48,886 nt of DNA from a virus (Duplodnaviria; Caudoviricetes), in the IMG/VR virus record IMGVR_UViG_3300032261_000011, positions 1 through 48,886 of that record; one strand, written 5' to 3'. Both the position numbers and the translations under genes were made by a program. Positions 1 to 9,071 of the stretch are shown here, in pieces. Under the pieces are notes generated by a model. That model did no database searches. It had not been told where the DNA came from and saw only the letters and a program-made list of their open reading frames with translations. The stretch's first letter is position 1. The number at the start of each line of letters is the position of its first letter.

Positions 1-565
1 CTCCGCTGGTAAAGGGAGTATATCCGGTAGCATCCACATTCGTTTGAGTGTCCGGAGTAAACAAGGTTAAGACATCGCCAGCCACACCGCCAACAAAGAA
101 ATTGCGTCCGTTAAGCTGAGTCATTCCTTGAACGCCAGTAATGATAATATTGTCTCCGGCTTGGTAAGCAGGAACGACAGTACCGTCCGGAAGGGTATAT
201 GGACTCCCGGCTCCAGTAGCCGTTACGGTAAGCGGATTCGTCGTTGTCGCAGCGGTTATAGGAAGAGCCTTCTCTAAGACCAAATTGCCATTGCTTACAA
301 ACCTAATATACCCATTCCCAAACTCAATAACATACGAGATTTCGAACGAAGCCTGAAATGGAATCAACCTGACCGCGAAGCCCGGAAGACCTACCTGAGC
401 AACAAATTTAGTTCCAGTCCTAGTGCTAGCACCTCCACGGTAATCGACATAAAAGTTCCGCATTGTTGCCGCGCCACGGTGGTACTTCTGAAGATCCACC
501 CTAGCGTTGAGCGCCGGTGCCCATTCGCCAGTATTAAAGGCATGTTGAATAACTGGTTGGGCCAT
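1..565 (-). CDS. Tail nozzle / tail tubular protein B-like, N-terminal part (continues across the window junction into 48886..46480)
   Basis: ATG at 565 overlaps the upstream stop (TAATG). My translation is open to base 1: MAQPVIQHAFNTGEWAPALNARVDLQKYHRGAATMRNF...GGASTRTGTKFV, a typical N-terminus of podovirus nozzle/stabilisation proteins. Missed by the ORF track. Confidence 0.85.
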   Translation of the reverse strand, partial: MAQPVIQHAFNTGEWAPALNARVDLQKYHRGAATMRNFYVDYRGGASTRTGTKFVAQVGLPGFAVRLIPFQASFEISYVIEFGNGYIRFVSNGNLVLEKALPITAATTTNPLTVTATGAGSPYTLPDGTVVPAYQAGDNIIITGVQGMTQLNGRNFFVGGVAGDVLTLFTPDTQTNVDATGYTPFTSG

Positions 566-1680
566 TAATAGCTCGCAAACATCGGTCCCCAATCAAACTG
601 GATATTCGGACTTATCTCCCAAGTTGGATAATAGATCCCACGAGTTCGGATAAAGTCCGGCGTCACATCATTAATAGTCAATCCTTCGTTTGCATCTGCT
701 TTTCTTGCCTCAGTAATCAGGTTATTGGCGAGGGCAACGCCCATATTCGCCATTGCCTTATCGCCAGTAAGCTGAATTGCCAGTCTTGCCCCAACTATTC
801 CAGCCCAAGCTTCAAGGAAGTTCTCGTCCATTACGTTTGGGTTCTGGACCTGTCGAACATAACAAAGGGTAGCGAACTCCTGATTGGTTAGAATGACCCT
901 TTGCTCCTGATTTGGAATTACCGAGCTATACGTCAAATTAAAGGTTGCGCCTGTTCCAAAGTTCGTCGAAGATGCTTGTCCAATCGGTTGCACCTGTTGG
1001 TTATGGAGATAGCTTCCTCCAAGAGCTAGTGCAGCTGTTCCAATGATCTGGGGTACAACCCCAACCGTAGCAACGCTTTGTCCAACTCCAGTCGTTAGAA
1101 CTACAAGCTGGGCCGGAGCACCGCCAGGGATAGGAATTCCTAAAGATGGAGGTGTGGCTGGCGGTGGAGCAACTAAGGTTATAACTTCGCCAACCTGATA
1201 ATTGGTTCCAGAATTAGCAACCGTTGCCGCTTGAACCATAAAGAACTGATCGACCGCGACCTTGTACTTCTGCGGTGGCCCAAGCCAAAAGGCCGGAGCT
1301 GCGCCGGTTACAGCCGTAGTAATCGGAATACCTGAAGCAAACCCGGTAGAGAATTGTGGTATGATATAGATTGGCCTCAGACAATCTACTGGATACTGAT
1401 ACTCGTATGCCCACGGTGGCGGTGGAATTCCCCTCTGCCACGTTGTCTGTGGTCCTACACTTGGATTCTCTGGCGTTCCAGGCGTTGCTGTTATCAGCAC
1501 CAGATTGTTGTAAATAGTCCCACAATTCCATGGAGCCATGCGTAACAAGGCGTCACGCAATGGCTCCAGGATTATGTTCGCCTGGATCGCTTCGTTGCTC
1601 TGCTCAGTAAGGGATGCTACTGTTGTTCGCGTTCCGATGATTTGCAGAGCACGATTGACGATATCGACCTCTACTGTCAT
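565..1680 (-). CDS. Tail adaptor / tail tubular protein A-like, with a beta-rich insertion
   Basis: MTVEVDIVNRALQIIG...WAYEYQYPVDCLR...YVRQVQNPNVMDENF...LAIQLTG pattern of gp11-like adaptors; lies directly upstream of the nozzle gene. Confidence 0.75.
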   Translation of the reverse strand: MTVEVDIVNRALQIIGTRTTVASLTEQSNEAIQANIILEPLRDALLRMAPWNCGTIYNNLVLITATPGTPENPSVGPQTTWQRGIPPPPWAYEYQYPVDCLRPIYIIPQFSTGFASGIPITTAVTGAAPAFWLGPPQKYKVAVDQFFMVQAATVANSGTNYQVGEVITLVAPPPATPPSLGIPIPGGAPAQLVVLTTGVGQSVATVGVVPQIIGTAALALGGSYLHNQQVQPIGQASSTNFGTGATFNLTYSSVIPNQEQRVILTNQEFATLCYVRQVQNPNVMDENFLEAWAGIVGARLAIQLTGDKAMANMGVALANNLITEARKADANEGLTINDVTPDFIRTRGIYYPTWEISPNIQFDWGPMFASY

Positions 1681-1940
1681 CTCTGTGAGCCATCGTTGCC
1701 CTTATTGGTTCCGTGAAGGCCAGCGCTACCGCTAGTATCGTCACGATCTACCGTTGGCCTATTCATGTTACCGCAGTCATGGCCATGCAACCCTGGACCT
1801 TTCGGATCATTGATATTCGTTGGGCCTTGCGGTGGCTTGTAGTTCATCACGTCCCTTGCTCTCATAACACCGCCAGGACGTGAAGCAGGACCAGTGCTAC
1901 GCTCGGGTCCATATTCCCCAAGGATTTCTCTCGCCATCAC
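1677..1940 (-). CDS. Hypothetical Gly/Pro-rich protein (87 aa)
   Basis: Start/stop overlaps with both neighbours; AGGAG SD. Confidence 0.65.
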   Translation of the reverse strand: MMAREILGEYGPERSTGPASRPGGVMRARDVMNYKPPQGPTNINDPKGPGLHGHDCGNMNRPTVDRDDTSGSAGLHGTNKGNDGSQR

Positions 1941-2128
1941 ATTCTCCTTTCAGGTGTCTTCGCTGCCGCCGCTGTCGGTTGTGGCTTCGGCTGATCGGCA
2001 GTAATCTCATCGCACATTTCCTGAAGCTCTTGTAAAGCCTCATCGTGCAATAGCTTCAGTTGTGGATGGCCGAAACTCTTCTCCACCACATCCAGTAGAA
2101 GGTATGCTTTGTTCCAATCGACTGACAT
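1937..2128 (-). CDS. Hypothetical protein (63 aa)
   Basis: TAATG coupling with upstream gene; GGAG SD. Confidence 0.65.
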   Translation of the reverse strand: MSVDWNKAYLLLDVVEKSFGHPQLKLLHDEALQELQEMCDEITADQPKPQPTAAAAKTPERRM

Positions 2129-2388
2129 TAGTGTCTCCCTTGACTTCCAGATTTATGCACAACTCTTCCACCACCAGGACCAGCAGCTTGTGCAGGTGGC
2201 TTTGGTCCTTCATATCCCCTCCCCATGAACAACCGTTCCGCCGAATTCCCCGGAACATGATGTCCTTCACGCATCTTATCAGCCATTGCCTGACCAAGCT
2301 GGTCTGCCCCGCCAGGGTCAACGGCTTTCGTACTTGGATGAGCGACCTTGTGAAAGGTCACTTCCTTACCTGCTCTTCCTTGCTTCAT
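2128..2388 (-). CDS. Hypothetical basic Gly-rich protein (86 aa)
   Basis: AGGAG SD; fits tightly in the operon. Confidence 0.65.
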   Translation of the reverse strand: MKQGRAGKEVTFHKVAHPSTKAVDPGGADQLGQAMADKMREGHHVPGNSAERLFMGRGYEGPKPPAQAAGPGGGRVVHKSGSQGRH

Positions 2389-2635
2389 CTATCTTCTCCT
2401 TTAATCCCGCTTCGTGATATGCCCCACCCTGATTCCGTTCTACTTCGAGATACTCATGGAGCCTCTTATTCGTTCGCTCCATCTCTTCGAGAAAGGTCTG
2501 TGGAGCTTGCTGCCCGATACTCTCCCAGTAATACTTGATATAGATCAAGTCATGGTAGTGCATCGTTAAACGCCAGATCCGTTCCGGTACGACTTCATCG
2601 GCTTCCATCTTATGGTCGCGATCCCTTACGCCCAT
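2366..2635 (-). CDS. Hypothetical protein (89 aa)
   Basis: TAATG coupling with upstream gene; GGAG SD. Confidence 0.6.
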   Translation of the reverse strand: MGVRDRDHKMEADEVVPERIWRLTMHYHDLIYIKYYWESIGQQAPQTFLEEMERTNKRLHEYLEVERNQGGAYHEAGLKEKIDEARKSR

Positions 2636-2808
2636 TAGCGTTTCTCCGCATTCGGCGCCGGTTTCTTCTTCTTCAAGATTCCCTTTCCAGCATCGGCTTG
2701 GTTGAACTCTCTTGCCACGTTCTGCGGCACTCCAACCTTCTTAGCGAACGCTGGGCTGTGGGCTGCTCCCGCCATCAGGCGAGCTTGAGCAGGGCTTTTG
2801 CTTGGCAT
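2635..2808 (-). CDS. Small conserved phage protein (57 aa, MPSKSPAQARLMAGAAHSPAFAKKVGVPQNVAREFNQAD...)
   Basis: Hand-translated (below the ORF-track cutoff); AGGAG SD; resembles a small-protein family I recognise from phage structural regions. Confidence 0.75.
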   Translation of the reverse strand: MPSKSPAQARLMAGAAHSPAFAKKVGVPQNVAREFNQADAGKGILKKKKPAPNAEKR

Positions 2809-2998
2809 CTTCTAACTCCTTTATCTTTGCCTGTAGAATCTGAACTCTAGCGTACATTACAGCCAATGTGATCTTGGTTTGACCAAGTTCAGTAGCAACG
2901 AATTGATTAGCCTGTTGAAGTTCCATCAAAGTTGGAGCTTCTTGTGCTAAAGCGCCAGAAGTAAATAGAAGAGCTACTCCCAGACTAACTGCTCTCAT
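2741..2998 (-). CDS. Signal-peptide-bearing coiled-coil protein (85 aa)
   Basis: GGAGG SD before ATG 2998; MRAVSLGVALLFTSGALA|QEAP followed by a heptad helix. Confidence 0.7.
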   Translation of the reverse strand: MRAVSLGVALLFTSGALAQEAPTLMELQQANQFVATELGQTKITLAVMYARVQILQAKIKELEDAKQKPCSSSPDGGSSPQPSVR

Positions 2999-5252
2999 AT
3001 ACACCTCCAACGACAAGAATGGAGGAATTGTTAGCAGGAAAAGTCCCATCATACTTCCTAATGATAACTTGGGTTGAACCAGGGCCACATACCACAGAGA
3101 GAGTATATGCGTTCCCAGCATCGGCCCCGGCCCCACAGAATTGATCCGAAGAAGTCTGAGTAGTCGCTGGCAAAGTCGCTTCCATAGAGGTGGCACAAGT
3201 GCCAATATTAGTGACCGGAATAACAATGTTATAGTATACAGTCTTACCAACCACCATTTCCCGAGCAACCACAGTCCCAAGCGTCGGTGGGCCACCAGAC
3301 TGACAAGTTACCGTCGATGTGTAGGTAACCCAGGAACCACCTTGTCCAAGCGAGGCCCAAGCACCACCAGTGTAAACCCAAAGTACCTTCGAGAATGAAT
3401 CGAACGCAAGTGGTGCCCTTCCAGTAATTGCCGTTGGTGTTCCCGTTGGAGAACCAACCATCGTATTGGTATAGATGAATCCACTTGTTGCACTTTGAGC
3501 CAACGCTCCAGAGCCCATTACAAGATTGCCTGGAGAAACAGTCGCAGCATTTGCAGTTACCGTGCCGGCAGCGGTAATATTGCCGCTGCTATCCAAAGTA
3601 GCATTAGCACTCCCTCCAAATGCTCCAGCATTGTTAAACTGAATAGATGCACTTGGTCCTCCTGGAGTTCCGCCACCTCCGGCCACAGTGGCCCAAGAGG
3701 TTATTCCCGTTCCATCCGTCTGAAGAACTTGACCCGAGGTTCCAGCGGAGTTTGGTAAGCGAAAAGTCCAAGTACCTGCCGCAGCCTGCGGTTGAACTGT
3801 CACAGTCCCACTAGTATTCCCAGAAAGATTTATCCTTCCCAACGTAGTTCCAGCCGTACCAATGCCAAGTAAGCCGATTCCATCAAACTGAAACGCAGGG
3901 ACACCGCCAAAGGCCCCAGAATTATTAAACTGGACTGCTCCGTTAGCCCCACCAGGAGTGCCTCCACCGCCGCCAGTAACTGTTGTCCAAGACGTAACGC
4001 CAGCCCCATTCGTCTGTAAGACTTGCCCGCTCGTTCCAGCGTTAGCCGGAAGCTGGAATGTCCAAGTACCTGCAACAGCCTGTGCTTGGAAGGTCACAAC
4101 TCCACTAGTTGCTCCGGAAAGATTTATCCTTCCTGTAGAAGTTCCAGAAGTGCCTATGCCAAGAAGGCCGACTCCATCGAACTCAAGATTAGCAGAGCCA
4201 GTAAAGCCGGTTCCACTATTAAGCTGAACTGAGCTTGCTGGCCCTCCCGGAGTCCCACCTCCACCGCCAGTAACCAGAGAGCCATTAACATAAAACCCGC
4301 CGGGTACATTGATTGTTCCAGGCCCTATATAACCACCAGTCGGAAGGGCGTTGCCAGCGCCATACAAGATCATTCCGTTGGAAAGGCCAATTTCTACTTG
4401 AGAAGCCCCATTGTACACATTCGTAAGGAAGAGAGAAGTTCTTCGAGTAGCAAAGGCAGCATCATTAACGCCACCGTTAATCTGACTACAGATCTGTGCA
4501 TCAATAGATGAAACAGCATTGATGGTTTGCCCAACAAGCTGAATGCAGACGCTCGCATCGCCAGGAGCAGCAGCATATCCAGGGATATATCGACCGAAGT
4601 TTATCGTGATGAAATCTATCGCCCGTATCAGTGTTGGAACAGTAATAGATGCAGGAGGAGTCGAAACGTCCGTTACCATCAGGTCGGTATATCGAGCGTC
4701 CCATTGAACGTTCATCGTTCCGCCACCAGTAACCGGATCGCAGATTACTGGCAAGCTCTGAGCATTGAACAATGTCGGGTTAGCTCGAATGTTAGCACAA
4801 AGCCCGTTTGCGCTATCAACGTTATTAGTGCTGGTATCTTGAAAGCTAATGGTTATCGGAGATCCAGTCAGTGAAGCCGAGGTGAACCGAAGTGCATGAA
4901 CCCGACCAACGGCAGAATTGAGAACATGTACGTTAGTCCCTTGAACATACGGATTCTGACCGAGAACCCCGAAAGGATAAACATTGTTTCCACCAAAGAC
5001 CACGTTCTGATCGAGCGTGGTCATTACATGGCCGGTAAAGCCGGGAGAGGTAATCCCGGATATCAATGGATACTGCCAAAGAGGAAAGCTACAGCCAATA
5101 GGCGGGTCAGCGACTTGCGGGCTACAAGGATAAGCATTCGGTTGCGTTGAAATGATTGGAACACCAGCCGTTGACTGACCCGGGGGCGACCCAATAACTT
5201 GAGCCTGGGCAGAAGTGGAAAGCAGCAGTGCAAGAAGAGCTAGCTTCTTCAT
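2985..5252 (-). CDS. Tail fibre-like protein with N-terminal Sec-type signal peptide (755 aa)
   Basis: GGAG SD before ATG 5252; MKKLALLALLLSTSAQA|QVIG; Gly/Thr-rich fibre repeats (TPGG..VQFNNSGAFGG, LP..AGTSGQVLQTNGAGVTSW); C-terminal beta receptor-binding-like domain. Confidence 0.75.
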   Translation of the reverse strand: MKKLALLALLLSTSAQAQVIGSPPGQSTAGVPIISTQPNAYPCSPQVADPPIGCSFPLWQYPLISGITSPGFTGHVMTTLDQNVVFGGNNVYPFGVLGQNPYVQGTNVHVLNSAVGRVHALRFTSASLTGSPITISFQDTSTNNVDSANGLCANIRANPTLFNAQSLPVICDPVTGGGTMNVQWDARYTDLMVTDVSTPPASITVPTLIRAIDFITINFGRYIPGYAAAPGDASVCIQLVGQTINAVSSIDAQICSQINGGVNDAAFATRRTSLFLTNVYNGASQVEIGLSNGMILYGAGNALPTGGYIGPGTINVPGGFYVNGSLVTGGGGGTPGGPASSVQLNSGTGFTGSANLEFDGVGLLGIGTSGTSTGRINLSGATSGVVTFQAQAVAGTWTFQLPANAGTSGQVLQTNGAGVTSWTTVTGGGGGTPGGANGAVQFNNSGAFGGVPAFQFDGIGLLGIGTAGTTLGRINLSGNTSGTVTVQPQAAAGTWTFRLPNSAGTSGQVLQTDGTGITSWATVAGGGGTPGGPSASIQFNNAGAFGGSANATLDSSGNITAAGTVTANAATVSPGNLVMGSGALAQSATSGFIYTNTMVGSPTGTPTAITGRAPLAFDSFSKVLWVYTGGAWASLGQGGSWVTYTSTVTCQSGGPPTLGTVVAREMVVGKTVYYNIVIPVTNIGTCATSMEATLPATTQTSSDQFCGAGADAGNAYTLSVVCGPGSTQVIIRKYDGTFPANNSSILVVGGVYESS
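3590..4275 (-). repeat. ~100-aa intragenic tandem repeat (about 2.3 copies) in the fibre gene
   Basis: The unit GGGGGTPGG-x-VQ(L/F)N...GLLGIGT...GRINLSG...AGTWTF.LP..AGTSGQVLQT.G.G.TSW occurs twice, plus a partial third copy. Confidence 0.85.
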
Positions 5253-5605
5253 ATATTGCTCTCCATAATGGTCAACGGATTCCCGCCTGGACCAGCAAGG
5301 GTAAAGCCAAACCAAGATCCTTGGCATTCTCCAGTGATTAGCAAGTACCCGTTAACCGAAGGTACCCTAAGACAACCGCCAAGTGCTGTTGGAGTCGCAG
5401 CTATCGGATTCCCTTGCCAGTCGGCCCCAGGGTAGATCATCACATCAACCTGCCCCGGATTATGGAAGGTGATGCTTACCCTTTGCGGATTCCCTCCGAC
5501 AAGTTGCTGCGGTGTCGGACTCAAGTTGTTGTTAGCATGTATCTTCCCACCGGAGGTTGGGCCAACCGCACCAGAGCCTCCAGCCAGAAATGCTATCTGA
5601 GGCAT
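5249..5605 (-). CDS. Hypothetical beta-rich virion-associated protein (118 aa)
   Basis: AGGAGG SD, coupled overlaps, predicted beta-sandwich pattern. Confidence 0.65.
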   Translation of the reverse strand: MPQIAFLAGGSGAVGPTSGGKIHANNNLSPTPQQLVGGNPQRVSITFHNPGQVDVMIYPGADWQGNPIAATPTALGGCLRVPSVNGYLLITGECQGSWFGFTLAGPGGNPLTIMESNI

Positions 5606-6153
5606 CAGATCCTCCTAGTACCTCGCTCCATCAGTTTCTTTTGAAGCTGAGCGTTCGCTTCCATCAAAGCTTGAACCTGTTCTTGAAGCTTTGCGAACTC
5701 ACTTGGATCAATCCCCTTGAGCGACCTTGGTGGCTGGTTTATCGGCGTCACATTCATTCCAGCTACCGCTAGGTCTGCGACTTGTCGCTGAAGATCATTA
5801 AGTATGGACTGGCTATAGGATACTGGCAGATCCTCAATGGGATGCTTCCAGAACTCCTTCCTCGACGCTGAGATGACCTTTGCCTCATCGTCAATAGGTT
5901 CCATATCCGGTGTTGGATCACCTGCGAAGACGTAATCGTTGGGCTGTCCTCTTCCTTCGTAGCAGACTGTGTATCCTCCTGCTCCGTCATTTGGCCTCTC
6001 CTGTGAATTCCCAGGTTGATTCGGATCGAGAAGTGCCGGGACGGCATACATCTTTCTCATCTGCCTTCCAGTTTGAAGGTCAGTCTCGATGTATTGCCAC
6101 TCACTACCTTGAATCAGGATGTAGTGAGGAGCTTTCAGCTTCCATCTGGCCAT
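5605..6153 (-). CDS. Hypothetical protein with C-terminal coiled coil (182 aa)
   Basis: Tight operon packing; GAGG SD. Confidence 0.7.
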   Translation of the reverse strand: MARWKLKAPHYILIQGSEWQYIETDLQTGRQMRKMYAVPALLDPNQPGNSQERPNDGAGGYTVCYEGRGQPNDYVFAGDPTPDMEPIDDEAKVISASRKEFWKHPIEDLPVSYSQSILNDLQRQVADLAVAGMNVTPINQPPRSLKGIDPSEFAKLQEQVQALMEANAQLQKKLMERGTRRI

Positions 6154-6154
6154 G

Positions 6155-6400
6155 TTATCCCTCTACACTTGTAACGCCATCCGGCCTTGGAGCAGGAGTA
6201 TTAGCGAAGCGAGAGGCGTTCATCATCGTCGTCGCAGAAGCGTCAAGGGCGATCATGTATGGTGCCCAAGTCGCGGCGCTAAGGCTCGTCCAGACGATGT
6301 CTCCCGCTTGGGCATTCCCGGGTGTGTCAGCAACGGTCTGCCCGACCTTTCGCTTGATATGATCGAGAACAGCAGCTTGTTGTAGGCGCATTCTAGCCAT
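6155..6400 (-). CDS. Hypothetical protein (81 aa)
   Basis: AGGAG SD; operon packing. Confidence 0.65.
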   Translation of the reverse strand: MARMRLQQAAVLDHIKRKVGQTVADTPGNAQAGDIVWTSLSAATWAPYMIALDASATTMMNASRFANTPAPRPDGVTSVEG

Positions 6401-6409
6401 GGGATTCTC

Positions 6410-6721
6410 CTATGGTCGCGTTGGAGGTGGTGGAAGTAGATGCTCGATATCAGAGTAAGAATTCAGCTTCTTGACTTCTTGATCGGTCAGTCCGTGCGTG
6501 GTGCCATCGTCAAGCGTGTGGCTCTCATCGAACGGTCCCGAGCCGGTCGGCTGGATCACCACGGCACCTTGGCCGTCGGTCAGCTCGATGGTTTCCCACC
6601 AATAGCTGCCGATCGTGTCGTGGTCGGCGTGGCGCCAGTTGAGGCCGGTTGCTGCTTCCGCAGAGCGGGCCTTTGCGTCATCGATATTCTTGAACAGAAG
6701 GAAGCGGTCATTTGGTGTCAT
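6410..6721 (-). CDS. Hypothetical protein, possible receptor-binding accessory (103 aa)
   Basis: Directly follows the lectin-like gene; visibly GC-richer codon usage. Confidence 0.6.
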   Translation of the reverse strand: MTPNDRFLLFKNIDDAKARSAEAATGLNWRHADHDTIGSYWWETIELTDGQGAVVIQPTGSGPFDESHTLDDGTTHGLTDQEVKKLNSYSDIEHLLPPPPTRP

Positions 6722-6722
6722 G

Positions 6723-7556
6723 TTAGAAGCCCCAATAGCTGTGCTGGTTGGTGCTCATGTTTGCCGCTTGCGTCGCGCTGAAACCTATCGGCCAGAGGCC
6801 GCCCTCGGTTTGATCGCCGTTCAAAATATAGCTGCCGCCAACAAAACCCATAAATCCCCAAGTGGTGCCAGCGCTGCCCCAATTGTTAGTTCCGGCATTA
6901 CCACTGTTGGCCGTACCATCCACATAAAGAACACTGGATGCGCCATTATAAACGGCATTAAGCGACCGCCATACGTTGTCGTTCGCGGAAACATTGATGT
7001 CGGTCCCGGCAAAGAAATGTAGCGTATTGGCGACGCTCTGGAATCCAAGTTGTACGAACGGCGATTGCGAGGTAAGGCACATGCCGCTAGAGGTGAAAGA
7101 GCCCGTTCTGATCGCAACCGCTGACGCGGTGAACGGCTGAGTATCAACGGTCGATGTGGTAACAAACATAAATTGACTGCCCGTCGATTGCATGATCGGC
7201 AGGCTTCCCAGGCCGGAAAGAATCAATTGCGGCTGATTAGCCGCGTTCCCCTGTGTCAAATTATTGGTGCCGGACTGATCGTAGAGGGTGGTAACAAAAC
7301 CGTTGCCGCCGCCAATGAATGAAGAAATCGAAGCAACATCTAGATTGCCATTAGATAAAATGACAAAATCCTGCGTAGTGTTGTCAGACGAACGACGCAC
7401 ATTCACGCTTTTAGTGCTGCCATTACTGACGGCAGCATTATATCCGCGCAGGCCCCACCAGGCGGTAGCGCCACTCACCACATCGCCCGGCCCGCTATAA
7501 GCACCACCAGCGGCCGGTTGTGGCATAAATGCAGTTGGTACAAATTGCGGAATCAT
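6723..7556 (-). CDS. ConA/LamG-fold (arabinofuranosidase-B-like) putative receptor-binding protein
   Basis: AWWGLR...VNVRRSSDNTTQDF...FVTTLYDQSG...QPQL...LYVDG motifs typical of this phage lectin-like family. Confidence 0.6.
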   Translation of the reverse strand: MIPQFVPTAFMPQPAAGGAYSGPGDVVSGATAWWGLRGYNAAVSNGSTKSVNVRRSSDNTTQDFVILSNGNLDVASISSFIGGGNGFVTTLYDQSGTNNLTQGNAANQPQLILSGLGSLPIMQSTGSQFMFVTTSTVDTQPFTASAVAIRTGSFTSSGMCLTSQSPFVQLGFQSVANTLHFFAGTDINVSANDNVWRSLNAVYNGASSVLYVDGTANSGNAGTNNWGSAGTTWGFMGFVGGSYILNGDQTEGGLWPIGFSATQAANMSTNQHSYWGF

Positions 7557-8377
7557 GGAACGCCTACGGCCGTCATGTAAGTACGAAGGCGGTTGTAAAA
7601 GTTAGTAGCATCACCCGCGGTTAGACTTCCTCCTGCACTAACCGCTGCAAGGATACCAGTGCTTCCATTCTCCGACACATGTCCAGCACTATGATCGTCG
7701 ATACAAGTAACTGACCAAGTCCAACTAACGTTAGTAATCGAGCCACTTGTGCTACTTGCCGTACCGACAGAAGCGCCGTTGTGATATAGCTGGAGTGCTG
7801 TTGAGCTAGTGCGGCAACCCACGAAGTGTCCAAGGTTCTGTCCCGCCGTATAGGTGAAGTTGGGCCCATTGCCGGTTGAATCCGTACAGTCAATATGAAT
7901 CAGCGTTCCATTATCAAGGATCGAACTCGTCGTATCCGCTGCGTGGCCGATCTGCCCCACCATATAACCGCCAGCACAAGTCGTAACGGCCCAAGCACCA
8001 ATATGACAATCGTTCAGCTTAAACGCTACGCCAGCCTGCTCCCTAAAGCCACTATCTATGTAAGCGGTCGGATAAGCGGTAAGCTGCCCTGCAAAGCCTC
8101 GATCCACAGTAAATGGTGGTCCACCAATAGCTGTCGCTTTAGCTAAAAGAGCCATGTCGGTCAAAGCGGCCCCTTGATTCTCTGCCGCATAAATCCATAG
8201 CCGATCAAGCTTTGGCCAAACCCCATCACTCTTTAAGCCTACTATAAGATCATCAACAAGGTTCCGTCGTTGATTACTAACTGTTCCGCCAGCAATCGCA
8301 ACTGCATTGATCCACGCCGCCACCGATGGGTCATGGACCCCAGGCATAAAGTTCGGTGGATGAAGTGGTTTAATCAT
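7553..8377 (-). CDS. LamG/ConA-like tail-associated protein
   Basis: AAWINAV..AGGTVS...LKSDGVWPKLDRLW...LYHNGASVGT...FYNRLRTYMTAVGV pattern of phage tail lectin-like proteins. Confidence 0.55.
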   Translation of the reverse strand: MIKPLHPPNFMPGVHDPSVAAWINAVAIAGGTVSNQRRNLVDDLIVGLKSDGVWPKLDRLWIYAAENQGAALTDMALLAKATAIGGPPFTVDRGFAGQLTAYPTAYIDSGFREQAGVAFKLNDCHIGAWAVTTCAGGYMVGQIGHAADTTSSILDNGTLIHIDCTDSTGNGPNFTYTAGQNLGHFVGCRTSSTALQLYHNGASVGTASSTSGSITNVSWTWSVTCIDDHSAGHVSENGSTGILAAVSAGGSLTAGDATNFYNRLRTYMTAVGVP

Positions 8378-8862
8378 TGATGAGCCGCTACGCGGTACCC
8401 TGAGATTGCGTTGATTCGCCAGATACTCAAAGTGAACTTAGCATTGGCAGCGTTAGTGATAGTATCACCAGTATTACTGCCAACACTAAAGCCTGAGAAA
8501 GTCGGCACCACGCCAGAAGCAGCAGGCATAGTGATAAGAAGCATACAACTTCCATCATTAGCCGGAGCCGTGATGGTCCAAGCGGCAGTATTGGCCGTGA
8601 TAAACTGAAGTGGCCTTGCTCCACAGTCAATCGTGATATTGCCAGTGGTAAGAGAAAGCGAGGTAACGTTGCTTCCACCAGTTGTCGTCTGATCTGCTGT
8701 ATCCAGTCGGGCAATAGGCGAGGCAAGATTACCCTGCATGAAGGTTTGAAGCTGAGTAATCGTTTGCTTCGTGCTCGTCCCAACCGGATTCTCCATCTCA
8801 TAGATGGCAGCGGCAATTACCGCAGGACCAGCCGTCAGGTCTTGGATTCGGACGTTTGCCAT
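8374..8862 (-). CDS. Fibre anchor/connector-like virion protein (162 aa)
   Basis: MANVRIQDLT...KQTITQL N-terminus resembles fibre attachment motifs; beta-rich C-terminal domain. Confidence 0.55.
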   Translation of the reverse strand: MANVRIQDLTAGPAVIAAAIYEMENPVGTSTKQTITQLQTFMQGNLASPIARLDTADQTTTGGSNVTSLSLTTGNITIDCGARPLQFITANTAAWTITAPANDGSCMLLITMPAASGVVPTFSGFSVGSNTGDTITNAANAKFTLSIWRINAISGYRVAAHQ

Positions 8863-9071
8863 TAGTTGGTCACCCTTATATCGACGAGGTTAGTGACTTC
8901 CCGATTATTCGCTAAAGTCGTATCGACCCTTGTCGCTCCAACTGGAGGGCCACCTCCACCTCCAACCGTAGCCTTACCGAGGATCCTTCTGATTATGATT
9001 CCAGCCTCCGCACTTGTCGCTACAAAGGCTGAAGCACTAATCAAGAAGGTACGTCGCGCAAAACTGTACAT
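8862..9071 (-). CDS. Small protein with twin-arginine (Tat-like) signal peptide (69 aa)
   Basis: MYSFARRTFLISASAFVATSAEA|G: RRxFL, hydrophobic stretch, AxA site; stop coupled TAATG to the next gene. Confidence 0.6.
   Translation of the reverse strand: MYSFARRTFLISASAFVATSAEAGIIIRRILGKATVGGGGGPPVGATRVDTTLANNREVTNLVDIRVTN

Noticed and set aside
2985-8862. Diversity-generating retroelement as in BPP-1
   Set aside because: No reverse transcriptase and no TR/VR pair noticed; the fibre repeats are in-frame protein repeats.
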